Source: a virus
Lineage: Duplodnaviria; Caudoviricetes
DNA: 53,104 bases
Virus record (IMG/VR): IMGVR_UViG_3300025066_000037
Span: 1 to 53,104 of that record
Strand: one strand, 5' to 3'
The position numbers and the translations under genes were made by a program. How positions within the stretch are numbered: position 1 is the first letter of the stretch; each line of letters begins with the position of its first letter. Shown here in pieces: positions 8,582 to 18,541 of this stretch. The notes below the pieces were generated by a model. The model ran no database searches and had not been told where the DNA came from. It saw only the letters and a program-made list of their open reading frames with translations.

Positions 8582-10294
8582 ATGCCCTCAATAAGATTAG
8601 GCAATAACCAAGTTTATCGGGACGGTAACATTCACCAACTAAGTGGGCCGGATGATTCCGCATCTTCCGGCAATATAATTAGAGCCGCAAGCGCCGACCA
8701 GATCGCCCAATACGGCTCCGCTGGGCGGGGTGCCGGTGGCGGAACTAGCTTTATTGATGCTGCTGACTTTACACAGGATTTAGGACTGGTGGACATGCCT
8801 CAAGTAGTTGGCGGTGATCCTAATGCTGCTTTTTCTAAAACAACGGCCCCCGCCTCCTCCAGCATACAACAACCAATTGACGCACGTTATCAAAATCTTT
8901 TAAATCAAGCAGGACAACAGGCAATTAATCCTACTTTGCCCACTGGCGCTGCTGTAAAGGGAATACAAATTGAAGATATTCAGCCGGGAGAATTACAAAC
9001 TGCGCCGTTAATAGATGCTCCACAGCAAGTTACGCAACAAACTATTGATCCTGATGATTTTGTATCTGATATTCCATTGGAACAGGACGCAGCACAGGTT
9101 ACAGCAGCTACAGCACGAGAAGTTGCGCCCGATGCTCCTGAAACAACCGCCGTCTTAGGACAGGTGAATGCAGAAGACCTTATCGGAAACGTACAGGGAA
9201 CGCTTTCCTCTGGTGCGCTTGCAACGGCGCAAACTGAAGCATTGGATGAGAAGGCTACCGTACAGTTCCAATTAGGCCAGTTGTATGAAGCACTAGATGA
9301 CGGGACACAGTTACCGCCGTGGGCTGCACCGGCTGCACGTAAAGCAGACCAATTCATGCTACAGCGTGGATTAGGTTCCTCTAGCATGGCGGCGGCTGCA
9401 CGAACACAGGCGTTGTTCGAATCCGCTCTTCCGATTGCAGCGGCAGATGCCGATAAATATGCGTCAATTCAGCTACAGAATTTAAACAACAAGCAAACTA
9501 CTGCATTAAAGAATGCCGCTGAAATTGCAACAATGGACCGGCAAAATCTGGATGTTCGATTGAAATCAGCGCAACAGAATGCAGCCAGTTTCTTGCAAAT
9601 GAATACGACAAACGTAACAAATGAGCAAACAGCGAATAATCTTAATCATCAATCACGGATGCAGGAGCTATTCAGTGATGTGGCTTCATTAAATGCAGCA
9701 CGTAATTTCAATGCCCAATCACAGAATCAAGTAGATCAGTTCTACGCTACACTGGGCAATCAAGTAGAACAGGCGAATAAAGCAAGACAACTAGCAACTG
9801 AACAGTTCAACGTACAAACAGGAACATCGATTCAGCAATTTAACGCCGGTTTAGATCAAGAACGAAATAAATTCAATGCGACTATGCAGGAAGCAATCGA
9901 TAGGTCTAATACGCTTTGGCGAAGGCAGGTAACTACGGTAAATAATCAAATAGCTAATGGGGTAGAGCAACGAAATGCTCAAAACTTGCTTGCTATTTCA
10001 GAAGCACGGCAAAATCAACTGTGGCAATCGTATCGTGATGAAGCTATGTGGGCCAATCAGGCGTTTGAAAATGAAGAAACAAGGAAACAGAATCTTGCTC
10101 TTTCTGCGCTATCTTTTAATCAATCTAAAGAATTAGCGGATATTGAACAGGACAATCAACTGTCTGGACTTCTTGGTGGGTTTGGTGTTAATTTTCTTGG
10201 TGATGCTCTTAAAAGTGATTGGTTTATGTCTCTTTTCTCTTCGCCAAGCGGCTCTAACGACTATTCTCGGAGCCGTGAAAGTGTGGGCGGATAG
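8582..10294 (+). CDS. Internal virion (ejection) protein, Q/N/A-rich
   Basis: 570 aa with PPWAAPAARKA...RGLGSSSMAAAA...ESALPIAAADA and a long N/Q/A-rich helical region; sits in the internal-protein cluster. Confidence 0.65.
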   Translation: MPSIRLGNNQVYRDGNIHQLSGPDDSASSGNIIRAASADQIAQYGSAGRGAGGGTSFIDAADFTQDLGLVDMPQVVGGDPNAAFSKTTAPASSSIQQPIDARYQNLLNQAGQQAINPTLPTGAAVKGIQIEDIQPGELQTAPLIDAPQQVTQQTIDPDDFVSDIPLEQDAAQVTAATAREVAPDAPETTAVLGQVNAEDLIGNVQGTLSSGALATAQTEALDEKATVQFQLGQLYEALDDGTQLPPWAAPAARKADQFMLQRGLGSSSMAAAARTQALFESALPIAAADADKYASIQLQNLNNKQTTALKNAAEIATMDRQNLDVRLKSAQQNAASFLQMNTTNVTNEQTANNLNHQSRMQELFSDVASLNAARNFNAQSQNQVDQFYATLGNQVEQANKARQLATEQFNVQTGTSIQQFNAGLDQERNKFNATMQEAIDRSNTLWRRQVTTVNNQIANGVEQRNAQNLLAISEARQNQLWQSYRDEAMWANQAFENEETRKQNLALSALSFNQSKELADIEQDNQLSGLLGGFGVNFLGDALKSDWFMSLFSSPSGSNDYSRSRESVGG

Positions 10295-10351
10295 ATAGAC
10301 ATGGCTCCGGTGACTAGATAAGAGATAATAAAAAAAGGGGAGAAAGAACAT

Positions 10352-10696
10352 ATGGCTTGGACAGATTTTATTGGTCCTATTATAAATATCGCTGGTAATG
10401 TTCTTGGCGGAAGCGATAAAGAGAATAATGCTGGCGCTAGAACGCAAGCTGCGCTTAGTGGTCAGTCAAAGGCGGCTGCGCGTATCGCGGCACATGAAAG
10501 GTTTGTAACAGGTTTCATAGATGAACGTGTAGATATAAAATCTGGACATAATGTCTCAAATGCTGCTAATGCTGCTAATGATGCTTCCAAATTACTAAGG
10601 GTTGCTCTGGCGGGTGATGGAGCCTTATCTCCAGAACATGAAAATTCTGTAAAAAGATTAATTTCATCACTTGAACAAGCACAAATACGAGTATAG
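10352..10696 (+). CDS. Hypothetical virion protein
   Basis: 114 aa ORF with SD GGGAG; lies in the internal-protein cluster. Confidence 0.55.
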   Translation: MAWTDFIGPIINIAGNVLGGSDKENNAGARTQAALSGQSKAAARIAAHERFVTGFIDERVDIKSGHNVSNAANAANDASKLLRVALAGDGALSPEHENSVKRLISSLEQAQIRV

Positions 10697-10707
10697 GAAT
10701 ATAGAAT

Positions 10708-11286
10708 ATGCCATTTGATCCATTTGATAGGCCCATACCGGGAGAATCGCTTACACAGCCAATGCAAGATGACGCTATTTATAAGCCTCCTCAGATAAAC
10801 AATTTAGACGAAGCATTTTTCAATACTGTTGAAACAATTGAAGATAGTGAATCATTATTTTCTGATTTGCTCGGTATGATTGATGCGGGGGTTGATCTTG
10901 AAAGCATAGCAAATGTTGTAACTTTCGGATCATTTTCAAAAGGAGTGTATTCTCCCGATATTGCGATGCAGCTTACTCCTTTGTTGATGATATGGATGTA
11001 TGTTAAAGCGCATGAAAATAATATTGAAATAGATGATATCAATATAATGAATTTCCCAAAGAATAAATCAAAAGGAAATATGAGTTCTGACGATATTGTA
11101 GCTTTGATGAAAAGAAAGAATCCAGAAAAATTTAAGAAACAACAAAAGGAAGCCGCTGTAACGGAACTAGATGACTTTTTAAAGCAAGTACAGGGCGGGG
11201 CAAGTCAGGAAGAACAGGTCGCTCCTTCTTCTTCTGAGCCTATGAGCTTCATGGAAATGCAACCTAACTCTTTGGAGAATGTATAA
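10708..11286 (+). CDS. Conserved virion protein (FDRPIPGESLT type)
   Basis: N-terminal FDRPIPGESLT motif; 192 aa; coupled to the next gene (TAATG). Confidence 0.6.
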   Translation: MPFDPFDRPIPGESLTQPMQDDAIYKPPQINNLDEAFFNTVETIEDSESLFSDLLGMIDAGVDLESIANVVTFGSFSKGVYSPDIAMQLTPLLMIWMYVKAHENNIEIDDINIMNFPKNKSKGNMSSDDIVALMKRKNPEKFKKQQKEAAVTELDDFLKQVQGGASQEEQVAPSSSEPMSFMEMQPNSLENV

Positions 11287-13136
11287 TGGGTATCAGTATT
11301 AGAGGAATGGCGATTGGTGCGCTTACAGAGCTTAAAGAAAAGCGGGTTCTTGCTGCTGAAGAAGAGCGTCAAAAAAGGTTAGAAGATAGAAAATTCAAAA
11401 TGCAACAAAAATTGCAAACGCAGCGAGATGATGCGGCTGCTCTTAGAAATGAGTATACGGTTAATGCAAGATTACAGGTTGCAAGAGATAAAGCCGAAGC
11501 AGAAAAAGCAAAAAATGATAAAGCGGCAGCACTAAAATTTCACGAAGATCATTCTGACTTTGATTTTTTTAGGGGTACTGGTGTAAAGCTTCCTTCACGG
11601 TTTCTGCTTGACAAGAAGGGAAAGTTTAATACTGGAATGGGATTTCTGTCTAGGTTTAATGCTGCTTTTAATTTTGTAGATAATCATTTAAAAGAGACAT
11701 ATTCGTCTAATTCTGAACTAATGCAAAAAAATTATAACCGATTAGATGAATGGTTACTTAAAAAAATCCCAGAAATAATGTCAAAAACAGAAGTAATGCT
11801 AAATAAGTATAACTCGGCAGGAGAGGTTATTGGACAACAGGGCTATCATGTAGAGAGTGGGATGGGTTCTGTTTATCAATATTTGAACACGCATAAAGAT
11901 GCTAAAATGAGGGGCTTGTTAGACGGTATTAGAGATTCCGTTCCCCTTCCTCCTCTTAGCAACGATGCAAAGAGAATGATAAAAGAGAATCCTTCTATAG
12001 ATTGGAGTAAGTTTGGTAGTGTAGAAACGAATGCGCTAGTCGCCTCTGCACGTATATATGGAGGAGTTGCAGAATTACGCAGAACGGGTATGGTTGGTGC
12101 ATTAGGAGGAGAGCACAAAGACATTCAAAACTCCGCGAAGTCTTTGGCTGAATCAACTGATTCACCGTTTAAATACAATTCAAAAAATCCCTTTAAAACT
12201 TTACACGCGATTGCTACAGCTTCTATTTTTGCTAACGGCAGAGGAAAATCCAGAGAAAAAGTTAGTGGAGGAGGTGTATCAAAATTAATAACACATAAAT
12301 ATAAAGATAGAAATAAAGAAATAAATGATGGGCTTAAAAAACATAATGAGAATATGTCGCTTCTTTCTTCAATTGTTGATATACGTACTTTATCAGAACA
12401 GATGGATCAGGCGGAAGCGCCCCAACTCAATTTTTTAAGAGACGTTACAGAAAAGTTGCACGGTTTCGTAGCTGCTTTAGGCATAGCAGATAAAGCTAAG
12501 AAGATATCCTTTGAAAAAGGAATATCCGATGAAATGGATGCAACTTTTAGGGATGCCACAAACGGGGGACTAACAGGCAAGATTACGGAAGGCTTACAAG
12601 ACGGAGCAAATAAAAGAATAAAGGCTTGGAGCGATAGCTTAGATGGAAAGACTAATTTAACTGATCCAGAACGACATGAAAGATATTTGAAATATGTCCA
12701 ATATGAAGCACTAAAGATTCAATTAGTATATAAAATTGCTAAGATGGTTCAAGGTGGTTCTGGTGGACAGGCCGTTTCGAATGCAGATTTTCAAGTTGTA
12801 TTACAATCTTTTCAAAGTGGCACCATTGGAAATTTAGAAGCGGAAGATAATATTTTTAAGATGCTTCAAGGCATGACAGAACGAGAGTATCTTCACTCAT
12901 ATATTAATACGCAAAAATCGCTATTAGAGGGTGCTTCCCCTACTCAAAACGCAGCTAGATACTATTTAGAGCAACATAGGCAGTATAATACCAGTATGTC
13001 AAATAGAGCATCATTTGCTGAAACACAAGAAGCAGCGACTATGAATTTTAAAAAAGCACAAGCGGAATATGAGGCTAAAAGACAGGCTAAGTTAAAGGAA
13101 GTAACACAAAGAGTAACAGGTCAATCAGGGAGCTAA
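11286..13136 (+). CDS. Putative internal virion/ejection protein
   Basis: 616 aa with an N-terminal coiled coil and a GGQAVSNADF motif near the C-terminus; gene position. Confidence 0.55.
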   Translation: MGISIRGMAIGALTELKEKRVLAAEEERQKRLEDRKFKMQQKLQTQRDDAAALRNEYTVNARLQVARDKAEAEKAKNDKAAALKFHEDHSDFDFFRGTGVKLPSRFLLDKKGKFNTGMGFLSRFNAAFNFVDNHLKETYSSNSELMQKNYNRLDEWLLKKIPEIMSKTEVMLNKYNSAGEVIGQQGYHVESGMGSVYQYLNTHKDAKMRGLLDGIRDSVPLPPLSNDAKRMIKENPSIDWSKFGSVETNALVASARIYGGVAELRRTGMVGALGGEHKDIQNSAKSLAESTDSPFKYNSKNPFKTLHAIATASIFANGRGKSREKVSGGGVSKLITHKYKDRNKEINDGLKKHNENMSLLSSIVDIRTLSEQMDQAEAPQLNFLRDVTEKLHGFVAALGIADKAKKISFEKGISDEMDATFRDATNGGLTGKITEGLQDGANKRIKAWSDSLDGKTNLTDPERHERYLKYVQYEALKIQLVYKIAKMVQGGSGGQAVSNADFQVVLQSFQSGTIGNLEAEDNIFKMLQGMTEREYLHSYINTQKSLLEGASPTQNAARYYLEQHRQYNTSMSNRASFAETQEAATMNFKKAQAEYEAKRQAKLKEVTQRVTGQSGS

Positions 13137-13141
13137 AACAG

Positions 13142-16100
13142 ATGATACAACCTACTTCTTCAAATAATCCAGATGAAGAGCAAGTTCTTTCTGGTTCTCC
13201 TGTAAATCAGGAGGCTTCTTCTGCATATGTTGGTGCTGACCCAAACCAATCGGGAACGGGAAAAATCTTTTCAGAACCACCTCCCGGTGTTGGCGTAGAG
13301 ATAACACCGGATCAACAAAGAGAAATAGACGCTGAAATGGATGCTTGGGATAAACAAAATCAGTTAACACCGGATCAACAAAGAGAAATAAACGCTGAAA
13401 TGGATGCTTTTGATAAACAAAATTCCCCAGAAGATATCCTTTATAAACACTTAACTACTACCCCTTCATTTAATGAGTTTACAGGTGAAACAGACGTTAA
13501 ATTAACGAAACCACAAGCATTGAATAAGATCGTTAACCAAGCAACATATGTGGATGCCGAAGGAATTGCTGATCCTAAGATAGCTGAGAAACTAGTTATC
13601 AGGCATAATGTTCCTGTCTATTCCAATGCAAAAGACGCAACAGAGGAGCTTGGTTCAGAAGCATTATTCTATGTCAAGCCACCGTCACCCGAAATGCCAA
13701 ACGGGGTATTTATGAATACTCCGAAACGTGCGCCCAATGCGGCTGAAATAAAAACACAGCTAAAAAGTACATTTGAAGAAATAGCAGAAGACATGACACC
13801 AGTGGTAAATGAAAAAGCTGCGGCATATTTGGAAACTCCCGGTGTGGCGGGAGTAGATGCGCTTCACGGGCTGATATCTTTACCTTTCTTCGCTGATATG
13901 TATATCCCTACAGTAGGAACGACTGCAAAGTTGGCAGGTGATCTTGGTTGGCGTATGGCTACGGCAATTCCTTCTATACTTATGTATAAAGACTACTATG
14001 ATCCTCTTTTTGGTGGAGTAGAAGAATACGGAAGAGAAATTGATCGTTCTCCACACCACGCTATGCTGAAAAAAATGGAAGATATATTTTCTCCCATGAA
14101 AACAGCAATAGAACGCTCTGTAGGAACAGAAGAGGCTGAGTGGGCAAAAAGTATGGACACTCGTATCCTAAAGCTTGCAACGGAAATGTTTGTAGGAGGG
14201 ACGCCGATTATTAAAGGCGGGAAGATGCTTTTCACTCCTCGCAAAACAGCGCAATTTTTGATGAATGGTGTCAGGGGATTAGAAACTCTTAGTGCTTCTA
14301 CTGCTCTTTCAAGAGCAAGTGTTGCGGCTGAACGTGCGGTAATACCGAAAAAGAAATGGTTGTGGCGAGAAATAGACGGATCTGTTGGAGGAGCAGTAGC
14401 TTTTGAAGCAGCGAAATCGATAGTTGGAATGGTTAGCCCTGATAATCCGTATGCTGACATAATTGCTCTTCCTATGATGATAGCTGGTGCCATAGTTCAA
14501 CCGGGACACGCTATAAGAAAAAGTTATTTAAACCACACTGTCAGTTTATATTCTTGGTTCTGGTCAGGTTCTAAGGGAACTTGGAGAGCCGAAGATACAG
14601 GCTTCTGGAATATAAAAAGTCCTTTTGATAATCCTGAAAAAGTAGAAAAGATACAAAAAAATTATCTGCGCTCTCTTGGCGTAGATGAGAGTATTATCGA
14701 TGGTCTGGCGGCAGAAGATAATCTAAAAAAACAAGTTTATCAGATGAAGCTGCATAAGGGACAAAGAAAAGAACTTGGCCGTATTCAAAGAGCTTTTCAA
14801 GTATTAAAAAAGGATAATCCAGTAGAGTATGAAGAGCTAGTTAAAAGAATGGAGCTAAATTTTAAAACATTCACACAACTACAGGAAATAGCAACACGAA
14901 ATCTTCCAGCAGGAACAGCGGAGAAGGTATCCATATATTTGGACAACCTTACGGAACTTGGTCAATTTGAAGCCTTACGCGCTCAAACTATGACTACCAG
15001 TGAGGGCTGGCGTTTCGGAAAAAGAGTAAAACTTGCACAGCCTCTTCGTGCAATTCAAAAAAATCAGGATCGTCTTCGAAAAGCTAATGTTGATCTGTTA
15101 AAGGATATCTTGAGCAAATATAATCCAGATTTAGATAACACTAAAGAATTAGGGAAATTTATTAAATTTGCTGAACTGGCAAATACAAATATAGAAGTAG
15201 CTACGCTTAAAGCATCAAGATATTTAGAAAAGATGCTTGAAGCTGAACGTACACAAATGACTACTGCTGCTGATAGAGCATTAATTGATACTAGAAAACA
15301 TATACATCCAGATGATCTCAGACAGAGAATAAGGGACGGTGAGCTTGATTATAAAGATGCTCAAAAGAAAATTTTTGATGATATCCGACAGGAAGATCAA
15401 AATATTATAAATAATATGTATAGGGAAATCTCTGGATTAAGAGAGGGAACTCTTGATGTTAGGAATCTTCGTGATTTTCTTTCGGCTAAATTAGGGACAA
15501 TAGGTACAGATGACGTTCTGCCTGATGATATTATAAACGACATAACTACATTTGCTAAAACACAAATGCAACCTGCCCCTATAAGAAAAATATCTGAAGC
15601 AATAACAAAAAATTCTTTAAAACATCTTGATAATTCAGATTTAATAGATGCTCTTAATATGCTTGATACTAAAGCAGGAATATTGAAAGTAGACAATGCT
15701 GGACAGACTATACTAAAGGATTATTCTGGACATTCTAAAGACAAGTTAATAGGGAGGATTTTAAAAGAATATAAATCTGAAATCGAAATGTTTCCTGCTG
15801 AAGCAAATACGGGAAATTTAATTGATCTTATGAGCGCATTAGGTAAACTAGAATGGGATAACATAGGAACTCCGAGAGGAAGAGCGTATAGTCAATTACG
15901 GAATAAAGTAAATGAATATTTTGATCCAGATGTTGATAATTTTGGTTTAAGAGTAGATGAACAGAATCTTAATGAGGTTGATCTTAAAAAATATAAACAG
16001 GATGTTGCAAGACTAAAGGAAATACAAGAAGTTTATAAAAAGGAGTATGTTCCACGATATAAATCAAGATTTGGAAAACTTATTACTGCTCCAGAAGGAA

Positions 16101-17647
16101 AAGGAAATATTTCTAATGAGGCTCTTTTTAAACAATTCTTTTTAGATAAAAACAGTATTGAAGAGAGAGGAGAATCATTTAGATTGTTCCTTACTGGGAT
16201 GAGAACAAAACAAAGCGAAGTAGGAACAGGATTAAAATATTCTCCTGAAGCTGAAGAGGTAACAAGAGATTTTGAAAAAACATACGAACTTTTAAAGTTC
16301 TTGAAATACGGTCTTTGGAAAAGATTGGATGATGGAAATTTAACAGCAGGAGAAATAGATAGTATATTAACAACGTATGGCTCTAAAGGCGGCACTCAAC
16401 AAGATATTCTTAGACTTATGGATGAAGCTGATTCTAATTTTAGCAAGAAGCACGACGAAGGGTTAGAGGTAAAACTTAGAAAACTACAGGAAACTGGAGA
16501 TAATCCTCATAAGGTAGATTTAGCAGAAGCGAGTTCTACAATTAATAACCTCAATAAAGATTTAGGTATTTTAACAAGCCAAAAATTAAGCGTGTTAAGC
16601 AACTCTGGATTTAATGTTATGAGAAAAGGAGGTGATCCTTCCGACTTTTTTAATACGCCAATATACTTTAAACAAGCAGATTTTAATAAAGAACATATTC
16701 CTCTTTATGAAGACCTACTTAAAGCTTCTGAAAAAGGTTCTTTTGGCGATCCAGTAGAATCAGGAAAACAGCTTAAAAAAATAATAGGACAAACATTGGA
16801 ACCGGGAGAAATATCTCTTACTCCGTATGAATTTTTAAAAAGAGCAACCAATGATTTTACGCTTGTAACTGATGGAGAAAATATAGGTGAACAACTAAGA
16901 AAGAGTATAGCACAAATATACGCTAAAGATATTTTAAACGAGTCTGTATCCCTTACGGGTAAAAAATTAACTTTTCTGGATCACCAAACCGGCCAACAGG
17001 TGATGGAAAGAGTTATAAATTATCCGGCTCTCGTAAAAAAATTAGATGATACAGTAATCCTTCGTAGAGAATTGTTTGGTCAACAAGCAGCAGACGATTT
17101 AGCACATGTTCTAAAAAATGAGAGGGTTCTTGCTCCGTCTACGCTACAAGAAAAGGCTATTGCCGGTTTACCTACACCCTTAACAATTTCAAGCGGTATG
17201 GCACGTTGTTTCTCAATTGCCCGTGGTGTACTTTCTCTTAGATACTTTTTAGGAGAGACAACGATTCGTCATGTCAGAATGCAGTATGTACACATGATGC
17301 ACGAACTTCTCACAAACCCAGATAATCCTAGATTAGTCATGGAAACTTTTGGAACTATTCCCGGCAGTAACATAAAAAGCTATAGGGAAGGCGTTAAAGT
17401 TCTAGGTAAATTAATTGGAGTTTCTGCACCGGAAATATACAAGGCGATAGATTCAGAGGAGTGGAGACATCTTTCTATTACTGGATCACTTAGTGACGAA
17501 AAAAGAGATATGCTTTTTAAACGAATGGAAACACAAGCTATGGAAAGTGAGCTTAAAAGAAGAAAAGGCATAGCAAGATCAAATCGTCCTTTAATTCCTA
17601 ATCCAAAAAGAAGTATGAACATATTGAGTGTTGAGTATGGTCGATGA
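13142..17647 (+). CDS. Large internal virion/ejection protein (T7 gp16-like position)
   Basis: 1501 aa, predominantly helical, last large gene of the morphogenesis arm. No catalytic motif recognised. Confidence 0.6.
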   Translation: MIQPTSSNNPDEEQVLSGSPVNQEASSAYVGADPNQSGTGKIFSEPPPGVGVEITPDQQREIDAEMDAWDKQNQLTPDQQREINAEMDAFDKQNSPEDILYKHLTTTPSFNEFTGETDVKLTKPQALNKIVNQATYVDAEGIADPKIAEKLVIRHNVPVYSNAKDATEELGSEALFYVKPPSPEMPNGVFMNTPKRAPNAAEIKTQLKSTFEEIAEDMTPVVNEKAAAYLETPGVAGVDALHGLISLPFFADMYIPTVGTTAKLAGDLGWRMATAIPSILMYKDYYDPLFGGVEEYGREIDRSPHHAMLKKMEDIFSPMKTAIERSVGTEEAEWAKSMDTRILKLATEMFVGGTPIIKGGKMLFTPRKTAQFLMNGVRGLETLSASTALSRASVAAERAVIPKKKWLWREIDGSVGGAVAFEAAKSIVGMVSPDNPYADIIALPMMIAGAIVQPGHAIRKSYLNHTVSLYSWFWSGSKGTWRAEDTGFWNIKSPFDNPEKVEKIQKNYLRSLGVDESIIDGLAAEDNLKKQVYQMKLHKGQRKELGRIQRAFQVLKKDNPVEYEELVKRMELNFKTFTQLQEIATRNLPAGTAEKVSIYLDNLTELGQFEALRAQTMTTSEGWRFGKRVKLAQPLRAIQKNQDRLRKANVDLLKDILSKYNPDLDNTKELGKFIKFAELANTNIEVATLKASRYLEKMLEAERTQMTTAADRALIDTRKHIHPDDLRQRIRDGELDYKDAQKKIFDDIRQEDQNIINNMYREISGLREGTLDVRNLRDFLSAKLGTIGTDDVLPDDIINDITTFAKTQMQPAPIRKISEAITKNSLKHLDNSDLIDALNMLDTKAGILKVDNAGQTILKDYSGHSKDKLIGRILKEYKSEIEMFPAEANTGNLIDLMSALGKLEWDNIGTPRGRAYSQLRNKVNEYFDPDVDNFGLRVDEQNLNEVDLKKYKQDVARLKEIQEVYKKEYVPRYKSRFGKLITAPEGKGNISNEALFKQFFLDKNSIEERGESFRLFLTGMRTKQSEVGTGLKYSPEAEEVTRDFEKTYELLKFLKYGLWKRLDDGNLTAGEIDSILTTYGSKGGTQQDILRLMDEADSNFSKKHDEGLEVKLRKLQETGDNPHKVDLAEASSTINNLNKDLGILTSQKLSVLSNSGFNVMRKGGDPSDFFNTPIYFKQADFNKEHIPLYEDLLKASEKGSFGDPVESGKQLKKIIGQTLEPGEISLTPYEFLKRATNDFTLVTDGENIGEQLRKSIAQIYAKDILNESVSLTGKKLTFLDHQTGQQVMERVINYPALVKKLDDTVILRRELFGQQAADDLAHVLKNERVLAPSTLQEKAIAGLPTPLTISSGMARCFSIARGVLSLRYFLGETTIRHVRMQYVHMMHELLTNPDNPRLVMETFGTIPGSNIKSYREGVKVLGKLIGVSAPEIYKAIDSEEWRHLSITGSLSDEKRDMLFKRMETQAMESELKRRKGIARSNRPLIPNPKRSMNILSVEYGR
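13302..13423 (+). repeat. In-frame 63 bp tandem duplication (TPDQQREI.AEMDA.DKQN x2)
   Basis: taacaccggatcaacaaagagaaata... at 13302 and 13365. Confidence 0.9.
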
Positions 17648-17865
17648 GCGATAATACAGAAATCTACCGTGTACTTGGACGGCTGGAAAGCAAAGTCGAT
17701 AGCCTTTTAGAGGAGAACAGACGCTTCGAAAGTACAATGAAGGACGCTAATAAGCGCATTAGCCGACTAGAGCATGACAGAACGATGGTATACGGTGCTG
17801 CCACTGTTCTTGGTGTAATAGGCAGCGCAGTGATCTGGATCATATCTAAACTGATGTCTACTTAA
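17644..17865 (+). CDS. Small coiled-coil + C-terminal TM protein (holin/XhlA-like architecture)
   Basis: LGRLESKVDSLL coiled coil followed by a hydrophobic tail; ATGA overlap. Confidence 0.6.
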   Translation: MSDNTEIYRVLGRLESKVDSLLEENRRFESTMKDANKRISRLEHDRTMVYGAATVLGVIGSAVIWIISKLMST

Positions 17866-18074
17866 AACACATCTTTAAGATTAAACATCTTTTCGCTGTC
17901 CTCCAAAAGGGCGGCGATATTTTTTTGTACATGCTCTGTATATCTCAAGATCATATTTGAATCATCATAATCAGGAAGCTCCTCTTCAAACACTTCCTTT
18001 AATTTGTGAATATTAACTTGATCTTTATTTACTCGAATGAACCCATCATTATCTAAGCCGATATGCAGCTTCAA
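17862..18074 (-). CDS. Hypothetical protein (last gene of replication arm)
   Basis: 70 aa; its stop overlaps the stop of the convergent + gene (TTAA). The start is uncertain. Confidence 0.55.
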   Translation of the reverse strand: MKLHIGLDNDGFIRVNKDQVNIHKLKEVFEEELPDYDDSNMILRYTEHVQKNIAALLEDSEKMFNLKDVF

Positions 18075-18115
18075 CAGTGTTGCAAATTTTCTACTGATGT
18101 TCTTCTCCTTTTTTA

Positions 18116-18355
18116 TTATTGTAATATTACTTTTATCATGTCGTTGGCTACGGATACAAAGAACGCCGTGGTGAATACCATGAGCGCCCTATCATCATTC
18201 ATCATCGCAGCTACAAACCATCCAAATAGCCCTACGGTGTATGCGATCAAACTAAGTGCGCTCATATTATTTCCAGCAAGGATGAGCGAACAAACAAGTA
18301 AAAAAGAACTTGTCCACCGGATCACAATCTTCTTTGTGTATTTTTCATCAATCAT
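18116..18355 (-). CDS. Small multi-TM membrane protein
   Basis: 79 aa, about 3 hydrophobic segments, strong SD AAGGAG. Confidence 0.65.
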   Translation of the reverse strand: MIDEKYTKKIVIRWTSSFLLVCSLILAGNNMSALSLIAYTVGLFGWFVAAMMNDDRALMVFTTAFFVSVANDMIKVILQ

Positions 18356-18420
18356 GCGTAATTACTCCTTTTTATTGTAAATAAACAGAAAAGTGATACG
18401 CTGCACCGAATTTTCCCTCT

Positions 18421-18507
18421 TAGAAGCGCCGTACAGAGGCATATAAGGAGTTCCGTAGGGTAAGGGTCCAGAAACCTTACTTTCCTCTGTACGGGCCTGT
18501 ATGGGCC
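18421..18507. other. Intergenic branched stem-loop element downstream of RNR
   Basis: CCGTACAGAGG (18429-39) / CCTCTGTACGG (18484-94) form a perfect 11 bp inverted repeat enclosing GTAAGG/CCTTAC (18460-65/18475-80). Confidence 0.6.
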
Positions 18508-18541
18508 ATTAAATGGAAAACGCTAAAAACAGCCCATTTCA

